Source of the DNA: a virus
DNA length: 64,000 nt
Reading direction: 5' to 3' (one strand)
IMG/VR virus record: IMGVR_UViG_3300028840_002420
Location: 1 to 64,000 of that record
Each line of letters begins with the position of its first letter. Positions within the stretch are counted from its first letter, which is position 1. Below are positions 8,166 to 17,498 of this stretch, piece by piece. The notes beneath the pieces are model-generated. The model was not told the origin of the DNA, made no database searches, and saw nothing but the letters and a program-made list of their open reading frames with translations. A program made the position numbers and the translations under genes.

Positions 8166-9602
8166 ATGAACGAAACGGCATTCGTAAGCTGGCGCGACTA
8201 CGAGGGCCTCGACGGATTCGGGGCACGCGGTCAGCAAGACCTTCACGACCTGCGCAAGGCCTTGACGGCAGGTCAGGACGTGGCCAATCCGGGCGTAAGC
8301 GCCGGAGAGGGTTTCCCACTCCGGATCGAGTCGCTCGAGCGCACCCTGAAGGTAGTCACCTACCGGATGGACGATGTTCGCCTGTGGCGCAACATCACGC
8401 GCTTGCCTGCGTTCAACACGGTCGAAGAGTACAACCGTCTGCGGGAGTACGGTTCGGCGCGTGGTACGGCGTTCATCGACGAAGGTGATCTGCCGGCCAG
8501 CGAGGACTCGACCTACAGCCGTGAGTTCACGGTCATCAAGTACGTGGGAACTACGCGGTCGGTGACTCACGTCATGAGCTTGGTCCGACCCGCGCACGGT
8601 CCGGTCATCGCTCAGGAGACCGTCAACGGAACGGCCTGGTTGCTCCGCGAGATCGAGTCCGCGCTGTTCTTCGGCGATTCGACGTTGGTCGCCGAGCAGT
8701 GGGATGGGCTGTACAAGCTCATCACAGATGGTGCTCCGTCGGCCAACATCATCGACCTTCGGGGCCTCCCGCTGGATGAAGACAAGCTCAACGATGGCGC
8801 GCTGACCGTCAAGACCACGCCCAACTTCGGGCGCCCCACGGACCTGTACTGCGCCGATGGTGCGTACAGCGACCTGGCGAAGTCCTTCTATCCGGCCGAG
8901 CGGTACAACATCCCGACCGGTGGCTGGCAGGACGGGATGGTCGGTCTGTCGATCCGTGGCTTCCACAGCATGGTCGGGCCGATCCTTTTCAATCCGGACG
9001 TGTTCATCGAGTTCGGTGGTCCCAAGCCGAGCGCGGCGATTGGTCCCGCTGCGACCAGGCCGGGAACGCCCACCGAAGACGTGGCACCTGCAGCCGCGGG
9101 CACGGGCTCTCAGTTCGATGCCAGCGATGCCGGTGACTACAACTACGCAGTCGTGGCGGTCAACCGCTACGGCAAGAGTGCAGCTCTGGCGCTGACCGGT
9201 CCGGTGACCGTGGCCGCGGGCGAGAATGTGACATTCTCGATCGGCGACGGTTCGCCAGTCGCGACAGCCTACGAGGTCTATCGCAGCACCAAGGATGGCG
9301 CCGCGGCGACCGAGCGCCTGATGGAGACGGTGGCCTGGACCGCAGACCCGACCGTCATCACGGATGATAACTCGGATCTTCCGGGCACGTCCAAGGCGTT
9401 CCTCATCCAGCAGAACGTGGAGTTCTTCAGCTTCAAACAGTTGGCTCCGTTCGTGAAGATCCCGCTCGCGACGATCGACACGAGCATCCGCTGGATGCAG
9501 CTGCTGTACGGCGCTCCGTGCGTATACGCGCCTGGCAAGAGCGTCATCTACAAGAACGTTGGCCGCTCGAGCGGTTCGGTCGGTGGGGGCGGCGCTAGCT
9601 AA
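8166..9602 (+). CDS. Major capsid protein (SPO1/Herelleviridae-like)
   Basis: LRKALTAG...LRIESLE.TLKV.T...NTVEEYN...F.DEG.LP...DS.Y.R...K.VG...SV...IESALFFGD...WDGL; strong AAGGAG RBS. Confidence 0.9.
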   Translation: MNETAFVSWRDYEGLDGFGARGQQDLHDLRKALTAGQDVANPGVSAGEGFPLRIESLERTLKVVTYRMDDVRLWRNITRLPAFNTVEEYNRLREYGSARGTAFIDEGDLPASEDSTYSREFTVIKYVGTTRSVTHVMSLVRPAHGPVIAQETVNGTAWLLREIESALFFGDSTLVAEQWDGLYKLITDGAPSANIIDLRGLPLDEDKLNDGALTVKTTPNFGRPTDLYCADGAYSDLAKSFYPAERYNIPTGGWQDGMVGLSIRGFHSMVGPILFNPDVFIEFGGPKPSAAIGPAATRPGTPTEDVAPAAAGTGSQFDASDAGDYNYAVVAVNRYGKSAALALTGPVTVAAGENVTFSIGDGSPVATAYEVYRSTKDGAAATERLMETVAWTADPTVITDDNSDLPGTSKAFLIQQNVEFFSFKQLAPFVKIPLATIDTSIRWMQLLYGAPCVYAPGKSVIYKNVGRSSGSVGGGGAS

Positions 9603-9612
9603 CCCCTAACCG

Positions 9613-9650
9613 GTCTAGGGGCTAGACACTCCGCAGTTTAGCCCCTAGAC
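9613..9650 (+). terminator. 15-bp stem-loop after MCP (terminator or stabiliser)
   Basis: GTCTAGGGGCTAGAC pairs with GTTTAGCCCCTAGAC; only a weak U-tract follows. Confidence 0.6.
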
Positions 9651-9671
9651 TTCACCCTCCTACTGAGGAGG

Positions 9672-10151
9672 ATGGAGCCGATGCAGAGAGTGCAGCATCA
9701 GACCCGCCGTGAGGGCGGGATCACTGTGGGCGATACCCGTTACGAGCTGGACTCGGAGGGAGTCGTCGAGGTCTCTGACGAGCATGCTGCGAAGCTGCTC
9801 CAGGGGGCTAAGTGGAAGCTCGAAGGCGAATGGAAGGAGTGGCAGCGGAAGGTTGTTGATACCGCGCCTCCGATCGTCGCAGGAGCTCGACGCGCCAGAA
9901 CGCGCGCAGAGCTTCTAGGGCTGGCTGACGCCGAAGGTGTTGCCGGAGCTGCAGAGGCTCTGGAGAAGGAGCACGAGCCGCCAGCGGTGGCTTCTGAGCC
10001 TGATCCAGAAGAGGACGAAGAGGAAGAGGTCGTGGTCAGTATGGACAGGACCAAGGCGGAGCTGGTGGACATCGCCGAGCAGCTCGGGTTGGATGTTCGT
10101 GGCAAGACCAAGCTCCAGATCATTGAGGCGATTGAAGCCTCGCAGGAGTGA
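9672..10151 (+). CDS. Hypothetical head-associated protein with C-terminal Rho-N/HeH-like helix pair (possible start 9681)
   Basis: TKAELVDIAEQLGLDV.GKTK..IIEAI; position after MCP. Confidence 0.6.
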   Translation: MEPMQRVQHQTRREGGITVGDTRYELDSEGVVEVSDEHAAKLLQGAKWKLEGEWKEWQRKVVDTAPPIVAGARRARTRAELLGLADAEGVAGAAEALEKEHEPPAVASEPDPEEDEEEEVVVSMDRTKAELVDIAEQLGLDVRGKTKLQIIEAIEASQE

Positions 10152-10154
10152 CCG

Positions 10155-10472
10155 ATGCAGGGCAGGGAAACACATCGCGAAGGCGAAGCTCTCAAAGGTG
10201 TCAAGGCTCAAGCTGGTGAGAAGTTCGTCAGCTTCAAGCACACGTTGGCGGCAGACCCCGAAGCGATCACGTTCGCAGAGCATGATCTGCCGAACATGAA
10301 GGACGCGGACTACCGCGTTTTCTTGACCGGCGAGTTCGCGACAGCTCAGGGCTTGACGGCCACGGGGACGTATGTCGACGAATCGACGATCACGCCGGAG
10401 GGCTTCTCGATCGTGGGCGGCACGGGTGCGGAAGTCGCGCACATCTTGGTGCACGGGAACGTCGACGAGTAA
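10155..10472 (+). CDS. Hypothetical virion protein
   Basis: RBS, 105 aa, beta-rich. Confidence 0.55.
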   Translation: MQGRETHREGEALKGVKAQAGEKFVSFKHTLAADPEAITFAEHDLPNMKDADYRVFLTGEFATAQGLTATGTYVDESTITPEGFSIVGGTGAEVAHILVHGNVDE

Positions 10473-10475
10473 TCG

Positions 10476-10820
10476 GTGGGGGCCGCTAACGTATACCTCC
10501 GTGGTGGTCAGCCGGCCACCATGCAGGAGTCGGTCGCCGCTGCCACGCCTGAGCAGTGGCATTGGCGGGGTGTGCTCAAGGATGCGCAAGGCGGCGCGGC
10601 CTACGGGACGGCCAATTGGTTCCGATTCGAAAACACGGGCGGCGGCGCCGGCGACGATATCCTGCTGAGCTTCTGTGAAGCGGATTTGTTGGGTGGTATC
10701 GGAGTCACGCTGGCCGCTGGTGAGGTTTTCGAGGGGCCGTTGGAGATTGCTCGGTTCTGGACTGTTTCCACGCTCGGTTCGACGTTCACGGCCTTAGCGG
10801 CGATAAGGAGAGGCGGCTGA
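10476..10820 (+). CDS. Hypothetical virion protein, paralog A
   Basis: Shares ANVY.RGG.PA...QWHWR...YGTANW.RFENTG...LSF.E.D...GIG.T.AA...EIARF...RRGG with the next gene. Confidence 0.65.
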   Translation: MGAANVYLRGGQPATMQESVAAATPEQWHWRGVLKDAQGGAAYGTANWFRFENTGGGAGDDILLSFCEADLLGGIGVTLAAGEVFEGPLEIARFWTVSTLGSTFTALAAIRRGG

Positions 10821-11155
10821 TGTCAGCGAACGTCTACGCCCGCGGAGGTATCCCGGCATTCGTGGCCGGAACGACGGTCAACCCAGCGGCCACACAGCAG
10901 TGGCACTGGCGGAATTCCCCGCTGCCGGATGGACCGGCCAGCGGGTACGGGACAGCGAATTGGCTCCGTTTCGAAAACACGGGAACGGGGCCGATCGTGT
11001 TGTCTTTCTCAGAGGAGGATGCAGACAACGGTATCGGAATCACGGTAGCAGCATCCGCTGTGGTCGAGATGCCGGTGGAGATAGCGAGATTCTTCACCAG
11101 GTCGGCGGCGGCTCAGACCTTCGTCGCACTGGTGGCCTTGAGACGTGGCGGCTAA
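10820..11155 (+). CDS. Hypothetical virion protein, paralog B
   Basis: Tandem paralog of 10476-10820; TGATG overlap. Confidence 0.65.
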   Translation: MSANVYARGGIPAFVAGTTVNPAATQQWHWRNSPLPDGPASGYGTANWLRFENTGTGPIVLSFSEEDADNGIGITVAASAVVEMPVEIARFFTRSAAAQTFVALVALRRGG

Positions 11156-11213
11156 ATGTCGGGGTACCGGCGAGGTAAGCCGATGGCTGCATATACCAGC
11201 GGGGGGTTACTAG

Positions 11214-11615
11214 ATGGCGACTTCCCGGCGACGCGTTCCACCGGAATCGTTCCGGGCCTACTGCTTCAACACAGACGCGGTGGGCGATGTTGTGTACATC
11301 ATGGGACCGAAAGTAGGGCAGCTCTACCAGGTCACAGGGGCGGATATCGATGATATCTCTAAGATGCCTGCCATCGGAGTGCTCACCCAGAAGTCCGCAG
11401 CGACTGAGTGTCTGGTCCAGACTTCTGGGCTTCTAGTCGGACTGTTCTCTGGCCTCACGCCAGGCCGTCCGCTCTTTATCGGAACAGATTCACGCCCCAC
11501 GCACACGGTGCCGGCCCCATTGGTGGGGCGGCGCTGGCAGCAGGGGATTGGTACGGCGCTGAGCGCCACGGACATTTTGATCAACATTGTGATCCCGATA
11601 GGGATCCGACCATGA
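11214..11615 (+). CDS. Capsid decoration/cement-like protein
   Basis: GDVVY...AD.....PAIGV......C.V...G....SGLT.G.P.F resembles the C-terminal domain of 12109-13689. Confidence 0.5.
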   Translation: MATSRRRVPPESFRAYCFNTDAVGDVVYIMGPKVGQLYQVTGADIDDISKMPAIGVLTQKSAATECLVQTSGLLVGLFSGLTPGRPLFIGTDSRPTHTVPAPLVGRRWQQGIGTALSATDILINIVIPIGIRP

Positions 11616-11624
11616 GGTGACACG

Positions 11625-12077
11625 ATGGGTAAGCGGAGACCCCAGTGCACAGTGAAGGGCTGCCGGAAGCTGCAGATGCCGGACAGCGATTTTTGCAAGC
11701 TTCATCAGGAGCAGGCAGCGGCCAAGGGCGGAAACGGCCAGGCGGCCGTGGAGTCGACCGTGATGATGGTCGATGAGATGAAGCGGCTGAAGCTGGTCGC
11801 TGTCGATCTTGAAATCCAAAACTTGCGACAAGCGGCTGAGTTGATCGATCATGAACAACGTCAGTCAGATTACGAATACGAGCAGCTGAAGCGGAAGCGG
11901 AGTCAGCGCAAGCTGCAGACTCTGGACCGCCAGCGAAAGAAGGAGCGCGAGTTGACGGCGCTGCTGCAAGAGATCGCTACGGAATTCAAGCTCGATATCG
12001 ATCAGATGGCTGTCGATGAAACAACAGGGGTGGTCCGTGATTTGGGGGTGGTCACTGAAGCGAACAGTGGGAACTAG
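11625..12077 (+). CDS. Cys3His zinc-finger plus coiled-coil protein
   Basis: CTVKGC...FCKLH followed by a coiled coil. Confidence 0.55.
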   Translation: MGKRRPQCTVKGCRKLQMPDSDFCKLHQEQAAAKGGNGQAAVESTVMMVDEMKRLKLVAVDLEIQNLRQAAELIDHEQRQSDYEYEQLKRKRSQRKLQTLDRQRKKERELTALLQEIATEFKLDIDQMAVDETTGVVRDLGVVTEANSGN

Positions 12078-12108
12078 TCGAAACGACTCAACATAGGGAG
12101 GAAACGTC

Positions 12109-13689
12109 ATGGCAATCAAAGTTCCGCAAATTCGAAACACTGACAGTGGTACCGGTTGGCCCGAGGATCTAGACATTGCCAATGACGGCATGGATCTCGG
12201 CAACGCAGCTCAAATCAGCGGTGATCTGACCTTCGACAGCGGGGGCGAGCCTCGCGGGCTGCCGACAACTCCGGGCGCGTCAGATGCAGGCGCCTCGAAG
12301 GCCTATGTGGACTCTGTGGCGGTCCAATCGCGATCCTGGAAGGAAATCCTGCTCGTGGCCGAGCAGCTCCTTGACGGGGCTTCTGGGGGCGTCCTGCAGG
12401 CGATTCTGATCGCCTTCGATTCCCAGCCGACGGCCAACGACACCTTCATCATCACGGACGGTACGACCACGGAGACCTTCACGTTCAAGGCCAGCGAGTC
12501 TGCGGCGTTCGACGTGGCGATCGGAGCGACGGCCGCGGACACGCTGGCCAACCTCATCCAGGCGATCAATGACGACAGCACGCTTTGGAGCGGTGTCGAC
12601 ACGACCGGGCTGGATGACTACTTCGCTAGCGCGTACGCGAATCAGGGCGTCATCTACCGCACGGCGGTCAGCAGCAATGACGATCGCGTGTACGGCTCGA
12701 GCACGACGGCCACGCAGATCAAGGTGGTCGAGTTCGTGACGGGCGGGATCGACGACTACTCGAGCGGAGCTGGCACGGAAGGCAATCTGCCAGCGGCCGA
12801 TCCATCTGCGAAGCGATTCGGTTTCGCGCGAACGTTCGCGAACCTGGTCACAGTCGAGACGCACCCGATCGCCGAGGACATTTCGACCTGGACGTGGGAT
12901 GAGGATGACAACCTGTGGCGCCAGACTGACAGCAGCGCGATTACGGCTGGTGCTGGTCTGGATCGGTCGGGTTCCACGATATCGGTCGATCTGGACACCA
13001 CAGCGGCCGAGACGGGTGCGGGGACGGGTGGTGGTTCGTCGGGTCTCGAGTTCGACACGTCGGGCAACAGCGGCGAGCTGCGTGCTGCTGTGTCGGCTAC
13101 CGGGGCTATCGGCCGACAAGCCGACGGTTTGGGGATCCGGCTGCCGTCGTCCAACCCCGGATTGCAGATCTCCGGCAACGAGCTGGATGCCAAGTTGGAC
13201 GGGACGCGCGGTCTGGCCAAGGATGCTTCCGGCCAGTACATCAAGATCGACAACTCGTCGATCACGTTCGACGGTTCCGGAAACCTCCAAGCATCTGGGG
13301 CTACCGAGGCGCAGCGCATCGAAAACGAGATGGAGGTCAATGCGGCGGTCGTGGTGGCTGATGCTGTCGAGTGGGACGGCGCCAACGATCGTGTCGAGCC
13401 TTGCGATGCCGATACGGTCGGGGAAGCTCGAGTGGTGGGTATCGCGACTTCGGCGCAGCCGACTCCGGGCAGCGACTGCACGGTGGTTTCGTTGGGTGTG
13501 GCTGCGAGCGTCATCAGTGGTGCGACCGTGGGCGATCCCTACTTCCTCCAGACGGGTGGTGGAATCGGGCCTGGCCTTCCCACGGGCTCGAGCGGAGATT
13601 TCCGCCGTGTCGTTCGCGTTGGTTATGCCAAGAACGCGACCGATTTGTGGGTGGAGATCCAAGACTTTGGTCGACGGCGCATTCCGTAG
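12109..13689 (+). CDS. Head fibre/whisker-like structural protein
   Basis: DAGASKAYVD motif, Gly-rich AGAGL/GL repeats, C-terminal decoration-type domain. Confidence 0.55.
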   Translation: MAIKVPQIRNTDSGTGWPEDLDIANDGMDLGNAAQISGDLTFDSGGEPRGLPTTPGASDAGASKAYVDSVAVQSRSWKEILLVAEQLLDGASGGVLQAILIAFDSQPTANDTFIITDGTTTETFTFKASESAAFDVAIGATAADTLANLIQAINDDSTLWSGVDTTGLDDYFASAYANQGVIYRTAVSSNDDRVYGSSTTATQIKVVEFVTGGIDDYSSGAGTEGNLPAADPSAKRFGFARTFANLVTVETHPIAEDISTWTWDEDDNLWRQTDSSAITAGAGLDRSGSTISVDLDTTAAETGAGTGGGSSGLEFDTSGNSGELRAAVSATGAIGRQADGLGIRLPSSNPGLQISGNELDAKLDGTRGLAKDASGQYIKIDNSSITFDGSGNLQASGATEAQRIENEMEVNAAVVVADAVEWDGANDRVEPCDADTVGEARVVGIATSAQPTPGSDCTVVSLGVAASVISGATVGDPYFLQTGGGIGPGLPTGSSGDFRRVVRVGYAKNATDLWVEIQDFGRRRIP

Positions 13690-13693
13690 GTGA

Positions 13694-13993
13694 TTGGTGC
13701 CATCGACGCCAGATAGCTTTACGTCCTTCATTCTGACCAGGGATGACTCCGGTCAGCCTTGGGATGATCCGATCGATCCGGAAACGGATGCGCCGCGGGT
13801 TCCGGCTGTCTTCTTGGATGAGGACGGCGACGGTTCGAAGGACTTGGCTATCTGGCCCGATGGTAACGATCTCCGATTCCGCGATGTAGCGAATCCCGGT
13901 TCGGGTGGCACGGGGTACACACTCAGCGAGCTTATCGGAGGTGCCGCCGTTGATTCGGGGTGGCGGCGGCACTTCCTATTGATGGGGGCGTAG
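13694..13993 (+). CDS. Hypothetical virion protein
   Basis: GTG start with RBS; ends WRRHFLLMGA. Confidence 0.5.
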   Translation: MVPSTPDSFTSFILTRDDSGQPWDDPIDPETDAPRVPAVFLDEDGDGSKDLAIWPDGNDLRFRDVANPGSGGTGYTLSELIGGAAVDSGWRRHFLLMGA

Positions 13994-14323
13994 ATGGCTG
14001 AAGCGTTCGACGTAGCACAGGCAGCTATTGCGGCTGCGGACACAGAGCAGAGTCTCTATGTGGTGCCTGCTTCGACAGAAGCTATCGTGTCGACGGTCGT
14101 GATCTGCAACCGAAGCTCATCAAAGGTCACCTATCGGTGGGCCGTTGTTCCCAGCGGTGGCGCTGCTGCGGACGCGAATTGGCAGGAGTACGATACCGAG
14201 CTGCTTGGTAACCAGTCCGACTTCAGGACGTTGGGAGTTAGTCTACCGACTGGGGCGGAAATCAGGATTCGGGCTGATTCGACCAGTGTCAGCTTCAGTG
14301 CTTATTACGTTGAGGTGACGTGA
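13994..14323 (+). CDS. Hypothetical virion protein
   Basis: LYVVPAST.AIVST..ICNR...YDT.L...G..L...V.FSA...E.T is a common small phage beta-sandwich family. Confidence 0.6.
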   Translation: MAEAFDVAQAAIAAADTEQSLYVVPASTEAIVSTVVICNRSSSKVTYRWAVVPSGGAAADANWQEYDTELLGNQSDFRTLGVSLPTGAEIRIRADSTSVSFSAYYVEVT

Positions 14324-15180
14324 TGAGCGCCACCAGGTCGATTCAAGCGACGACGCTTCGAGATAAGACAACGCCCGATAACGCGGCTGCTGTCGACAGC
14401 AACGGCCGTGTGGCCCAGCAGGATTTTCCGGGGCTCGGTGAGGTTCAGGACACGCCGACAGCCAACACGCTGTTGGGGCGGCTCAAGGATAACTACACCG
14501 AGCTGACTTCGATTGATTCGTGGCTTGAGCTGATCGATACCACGCTGGATGCGATCAACCTGACGACAGGGATCAAGAAAATCGTTGATGCGCTGCCCAC
14601 GGGTGCGAATTGGATCGGCAAGATCTTGGTTGGCGATGGGACGAACACCGTCGATGTGCCTGCTGATGGCGAATCGCTGGCATCAGGGCGGGGTTTCGCC
14701 ATACTCGGGAAGGATGCTGAAGACTACGGGCGGTTTTTGCTCGCTGAAGAGAATGGGACACTTCGCGTAGCCTCGCAGCCTCCATCTCCGCCTCCAGGGA
14801 CAACAGAGTTTGTTCTTTCGCAGAGCGACACAGTGCTTGAAATCGGTTTAGCCGATAGTCCGCATGATACGGAGTCAGCCGTTATCGGCAACGGGGTGGA
14901 TCTGTACCTACAGTCGTTTTCTTCAGGAGCCGCTGGTGATCCATCCGAAAGGGGATCGCGCGTGGACATCGTGTGGACCGCTTCCTCTGTTGAGCATGTG
15001 GTCGCTCGGCTGTACATTGCCGGGCAGTCGGTTGAGCGGACACTTTCGGATGTGAACAAGGCGCGCGACGGGACGACAATGACGGGCAACGGGACGGATA
15101 CGAAGTTGATCATTCGCCGTTATCGGTTGTCGAATGCGGACCAAGAGGTCGACGCCGAAGTTCGCGGGTACACACAGTAG
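14320..15180 (+). CDS. Hypothetical virion protein
   Basis: LGEVQ.TPTANTLLGRLKD and ALPTG.N.IGK motifs seen in phage structural proteins. Confidence 0.55.
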   Translation: MMSATRSIQATTLRDKTTPDNAAAVDSNGRVAQQDFPGLGEVQDTPTANTLLGRLKDNYTELTSIDSWLELIDTTLDAINLTTGIKKIVDALPTGANWIGKILVGDGTNTVDVPADGESLASGRGFAILGKDAEDYGRFLLAEENGTLRVASQPPSPPPGTTEFVLSQSDTVLEIGLADSPHDTESAVIGNGVDLYLQSFSSGAAGDPSERGSRVDIVWTASSVEHVVARLYIAGQSVERTLSDVNKARDGTTMTGNGTDTKLIIRRYRLSNADQEVDAEVRGYTQ

Positions 15181-15190
15181 GAGCGAAACG

Positions 15191-16030
15191 ATGCCGGTCA
15201 CGGTGGAAGGGACAGTCAATCTCGCGGTCCAGCTCGGCGCCGGCGAGGTGCGGCAGCATCCGGATCCTCTGAAGGTCAACGTTCTACCGTTCAAGTACGA
15301 TATCGGTGGGCTGCGGGGGACCTACGCAGGAGTGTTGGGGCAGTCGTGCACCGACGATGACACGACGTACCTCTATCTCGATGACGAGGGCACGCTTCAG
15401 GTCAACACCACAGGGTTTCCGACCGGGGTGATTTATCTTCCACTGGCTCGAGTGGTTTGTGCGAATGGTGAAATCGCCCAAATCTATGAAGAGCGGATCC
15501 TTCTGGCGGCGACGCCGGCCGCAGTGGGGACGTGCGTTATCACGCTGCCCGTCGATGGGGATGTGCGCGGCGGAGATACATCGGCCAGCTCAAACAACGA
15601 CTGGGCCGCTGTGAAGTACGAGCAGTCCGGGACAGGGGAGGCGCGGAATCGTCTCGTGCGGAAGTGTCCGCGAAACTACGTCGATGACGATGTTACCGTC
15701 CGCGTGGTTTATTCGCTGGCTTCGTCTGCTGTGGCCGGACAGAAGTCGCGGTGGGAGATCCAGCATCAGTGGGCGGATTTGGCCGATGCTCTCGGTACGA
15801 TGGCGACGATCGGCGTAACGCACACGCACACGGGCGAAGCTGCGGACACGCTGTACAGCATCGATTTGACGATCCCCGAGGCCAACGTCGGGATGGATAA
15901 GGAGTTCATGGCGTTCCAGATCAACCGTGACAATAACCACGCTGATGATACGTTGGCCCAAGATATCTATGTCCATAATCTCGAAATTCGTTACAACGGC
16001 CGCTTGTTGGCTGGACAGGCTGGTCAATAG
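15191..16030 (+). CDS. Hypothetical virion protein
   Basis: ATG at 15191 after AGGAG; YLYLD..G.L.....GFP....PLARV motif. Confidence 0.55.
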   Translation: MPVTVEGTVNLAVQLGAGEVRQHPDPLKVNVLPFKYDIGGLRGTYAGVLGQSCTDDDTTYLYLDDEGTLQVNTTGFPTGVIYLPLARVVCANGEIAQIYEERILLAATPAAVGTCVITLPVDGDVRGGDTSASSNNDWAAVKYEQSGTGEARNRLVRKCPRNYVDDDVTVRVVYSLASSAVAGQKSRWEIQHQWADLADALGTMATIGVTHTHTGEAADTLYSIDLTIPEANVGMDKEFMAFQINRDNNHADDTLAQDIYVHNLEIRYNGRLLAGQAGQ

Positions 16031-16055
16031 GATCGGCTGCAACAGGAGACGACAG

Positions 16056-16949
16056 ATGAGTAAGCAGATCGACGTTTTGAAGGCCAAAACCGAACAGCTC
16101 GCGTTTCTCACGAGCGAAAACTGTTGCATCGATCCGGAGCTGCGGAGCGGTCAGAGCTTCGTGCTCGGCCAGCAGGTCAAGGTGACGGTCAAGTCCGACA
16201 CGGACAAGTACGGCCTGGTCACGCTGCACAGCGACTACCAGGACGGCACTGACAACGATGACATCCGCATGCGGCTCAGCGGCCGTCAGCGTTTCGATCA
16301 GTCGGATTCCTTCGACGCCTATCTTGATGACGCGGGCGTCGAGCAGAGCAAGACCAAGGCTCAGTTGGAGGCAGACAATCTGCTTGGGGAGTTTCTCGAT
16401 GAGCTGAACAGCACGCACACAGGCGTGGTCTGTTGCGCTCCACACGGCGGCGTGATCGAAAACTACACCGATGAGCAGGCCGAGAGGATGCACGATCGGT
16501 TGGTCAACTATCACGGCTCCAAGCCGTCTAGCTGTTGGCGCTGCTGTGGTTGGCAGGACGAGATCGGGGCGTTCGACGCGTGGCACATCACGAGCACGGA
16601 CATCTCGCGGGACAGCTTTCCGAAGCTAGACAGCATCGGCGATCGGGGCTTCGAATATGCCGTGTCGTTCCACGGCTGGAGCAACGACGGCATTCTGATT
16701 GGCGGCAACGCACCGGCCGACCTGAAATGCACGCTGCGCAAGGCGATCGAAGACGCCTGTGAGGGCAATGTGGAAGTCGCTATCACCACGAGCGGTGACT
16801 ACAGCGGCACCGATCCGGACAACTTCGTCAACTGGCTGACGAGCGGTGGTTCGGGGGGCATCCAGATCGAACAGTCGTATTACGCGCGGCAGAATTACGG
16901 TCAGGACATCGCGGATGCCGTCGCGGCCGTGTTTGCGGATCTGCTATAA
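16056..16949 (+). CDS. Poly-gamma-glutamate hydrolase (PghP-like Zn peptidase)
   Basis: APHGG.IE..T, HITST, AVSFHG, ILIGG, G..P.NFVN and GIQIEQS are the PghP family motifs; AGGAG RBS before ATG 16056. Confidence 0.8.
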   Translation: MSKQIDVLKAKTEQLAFLTSENCCIDPELRSGQSFVLGQQVKVTVKSDTDKYGLVTLHSDYQDGTDNDDIRMRLSGRQRFDQSDSFDAYLDDAGVEQSKTKAQLEADNLLGEFLDELNSTHTGVVCCAPHGGVIENYTDEQAERMHDRLVNYHGSKPSSCWRCCGWQDEIGAFDAWHITSTDISRDSFPKLDSIGDRGFEYAVSFHGWSNDGILIGGNAPADLKCTLRKAIEDACEGNVEVAITTSGDYSGTDPDNFVNWLTSGGSGGIQIEQSYYARQNYGQDIADAVAAVFADLL

Positions 16950-16955
16950 GAGAGC

Positions 16956-17498
16956 ATGTCCTTCTATGCTCCGGGTGAAACGGTCCCTTTGACCCTGCAA
17001 CTTGACGACGGGGCGGAGACCTTTTACCCGCGAGCATTTGTCTACCGCGGCTCTACCCAGGAAACAGCGATTTCGTTGGCCCATGTCGCTCGGGGGCATT
17101 ACCGGGGGGTGTGGGCGCCGGCGACGGATGAGGACTACACGGTGGTCTTCATCGTCTACGTGGACGCGGCTCGCACCGTCGAGGCTGTGGAGTATTCTCG
17201 CGAGTCGGAAGGCTGGCGGCCGGTTCCGGCTGTCAGTCCTCCGATCGCAGATGCGGTTTGGGATGAGCTGTTGTCCGGCCATCTGACGGCGGGCAGTACT
17301 GGCGAGGCGCTGCAGCGGACGTACCTCATCGAGGCCATTTTACGGAATCGGCTCGAGTTGGAGGAGGGGGATACCAACAACTGGGTGCTCCGTGACGAAA
17401 ATGACAACATCTTGCTGCGGTGGTCGGTCACGGATAAGGACGGCGACGGGATCCTGATGGACAAGTTCATTCCAGCTCGACGGACGCGCGGTGTATGA
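16956..17498 (+). CDS. Hypothetical virion protein
   Basis: IADAVWDE.L.GH..AGS.G.AL motif common in phage structural proteins. Confidence 0.55.
   Translation: MSFYAPGETVPLTLQLDDGAETFYPRAFVYRGSTQETAISLAHVARGHYRGVWAPATDEDYTVVFIVYVDAARTVEAVEYSRESEGWRPVPAVSPPIADAVWDELLSGHLTAGSTGEALQRTYLIEAILRNRLELEEGDTNNWVLRDENDNILLRWSVTDKDGDGILMDKFIPARRTRGV

Noticed and set aside
6423-8966. Long minus-strand ORFs (also 12280-13731, 21344-22885, 22940-24430, 41317-42720)
   Set aside because: They are antisense shadows of GC3-biased + strand genes and have no recognisable motifs.
9600-9672. Stop read-through from MCP into the same-frame next gene
   Set aside because: A second in-frame TAG lies at 9639-9641.
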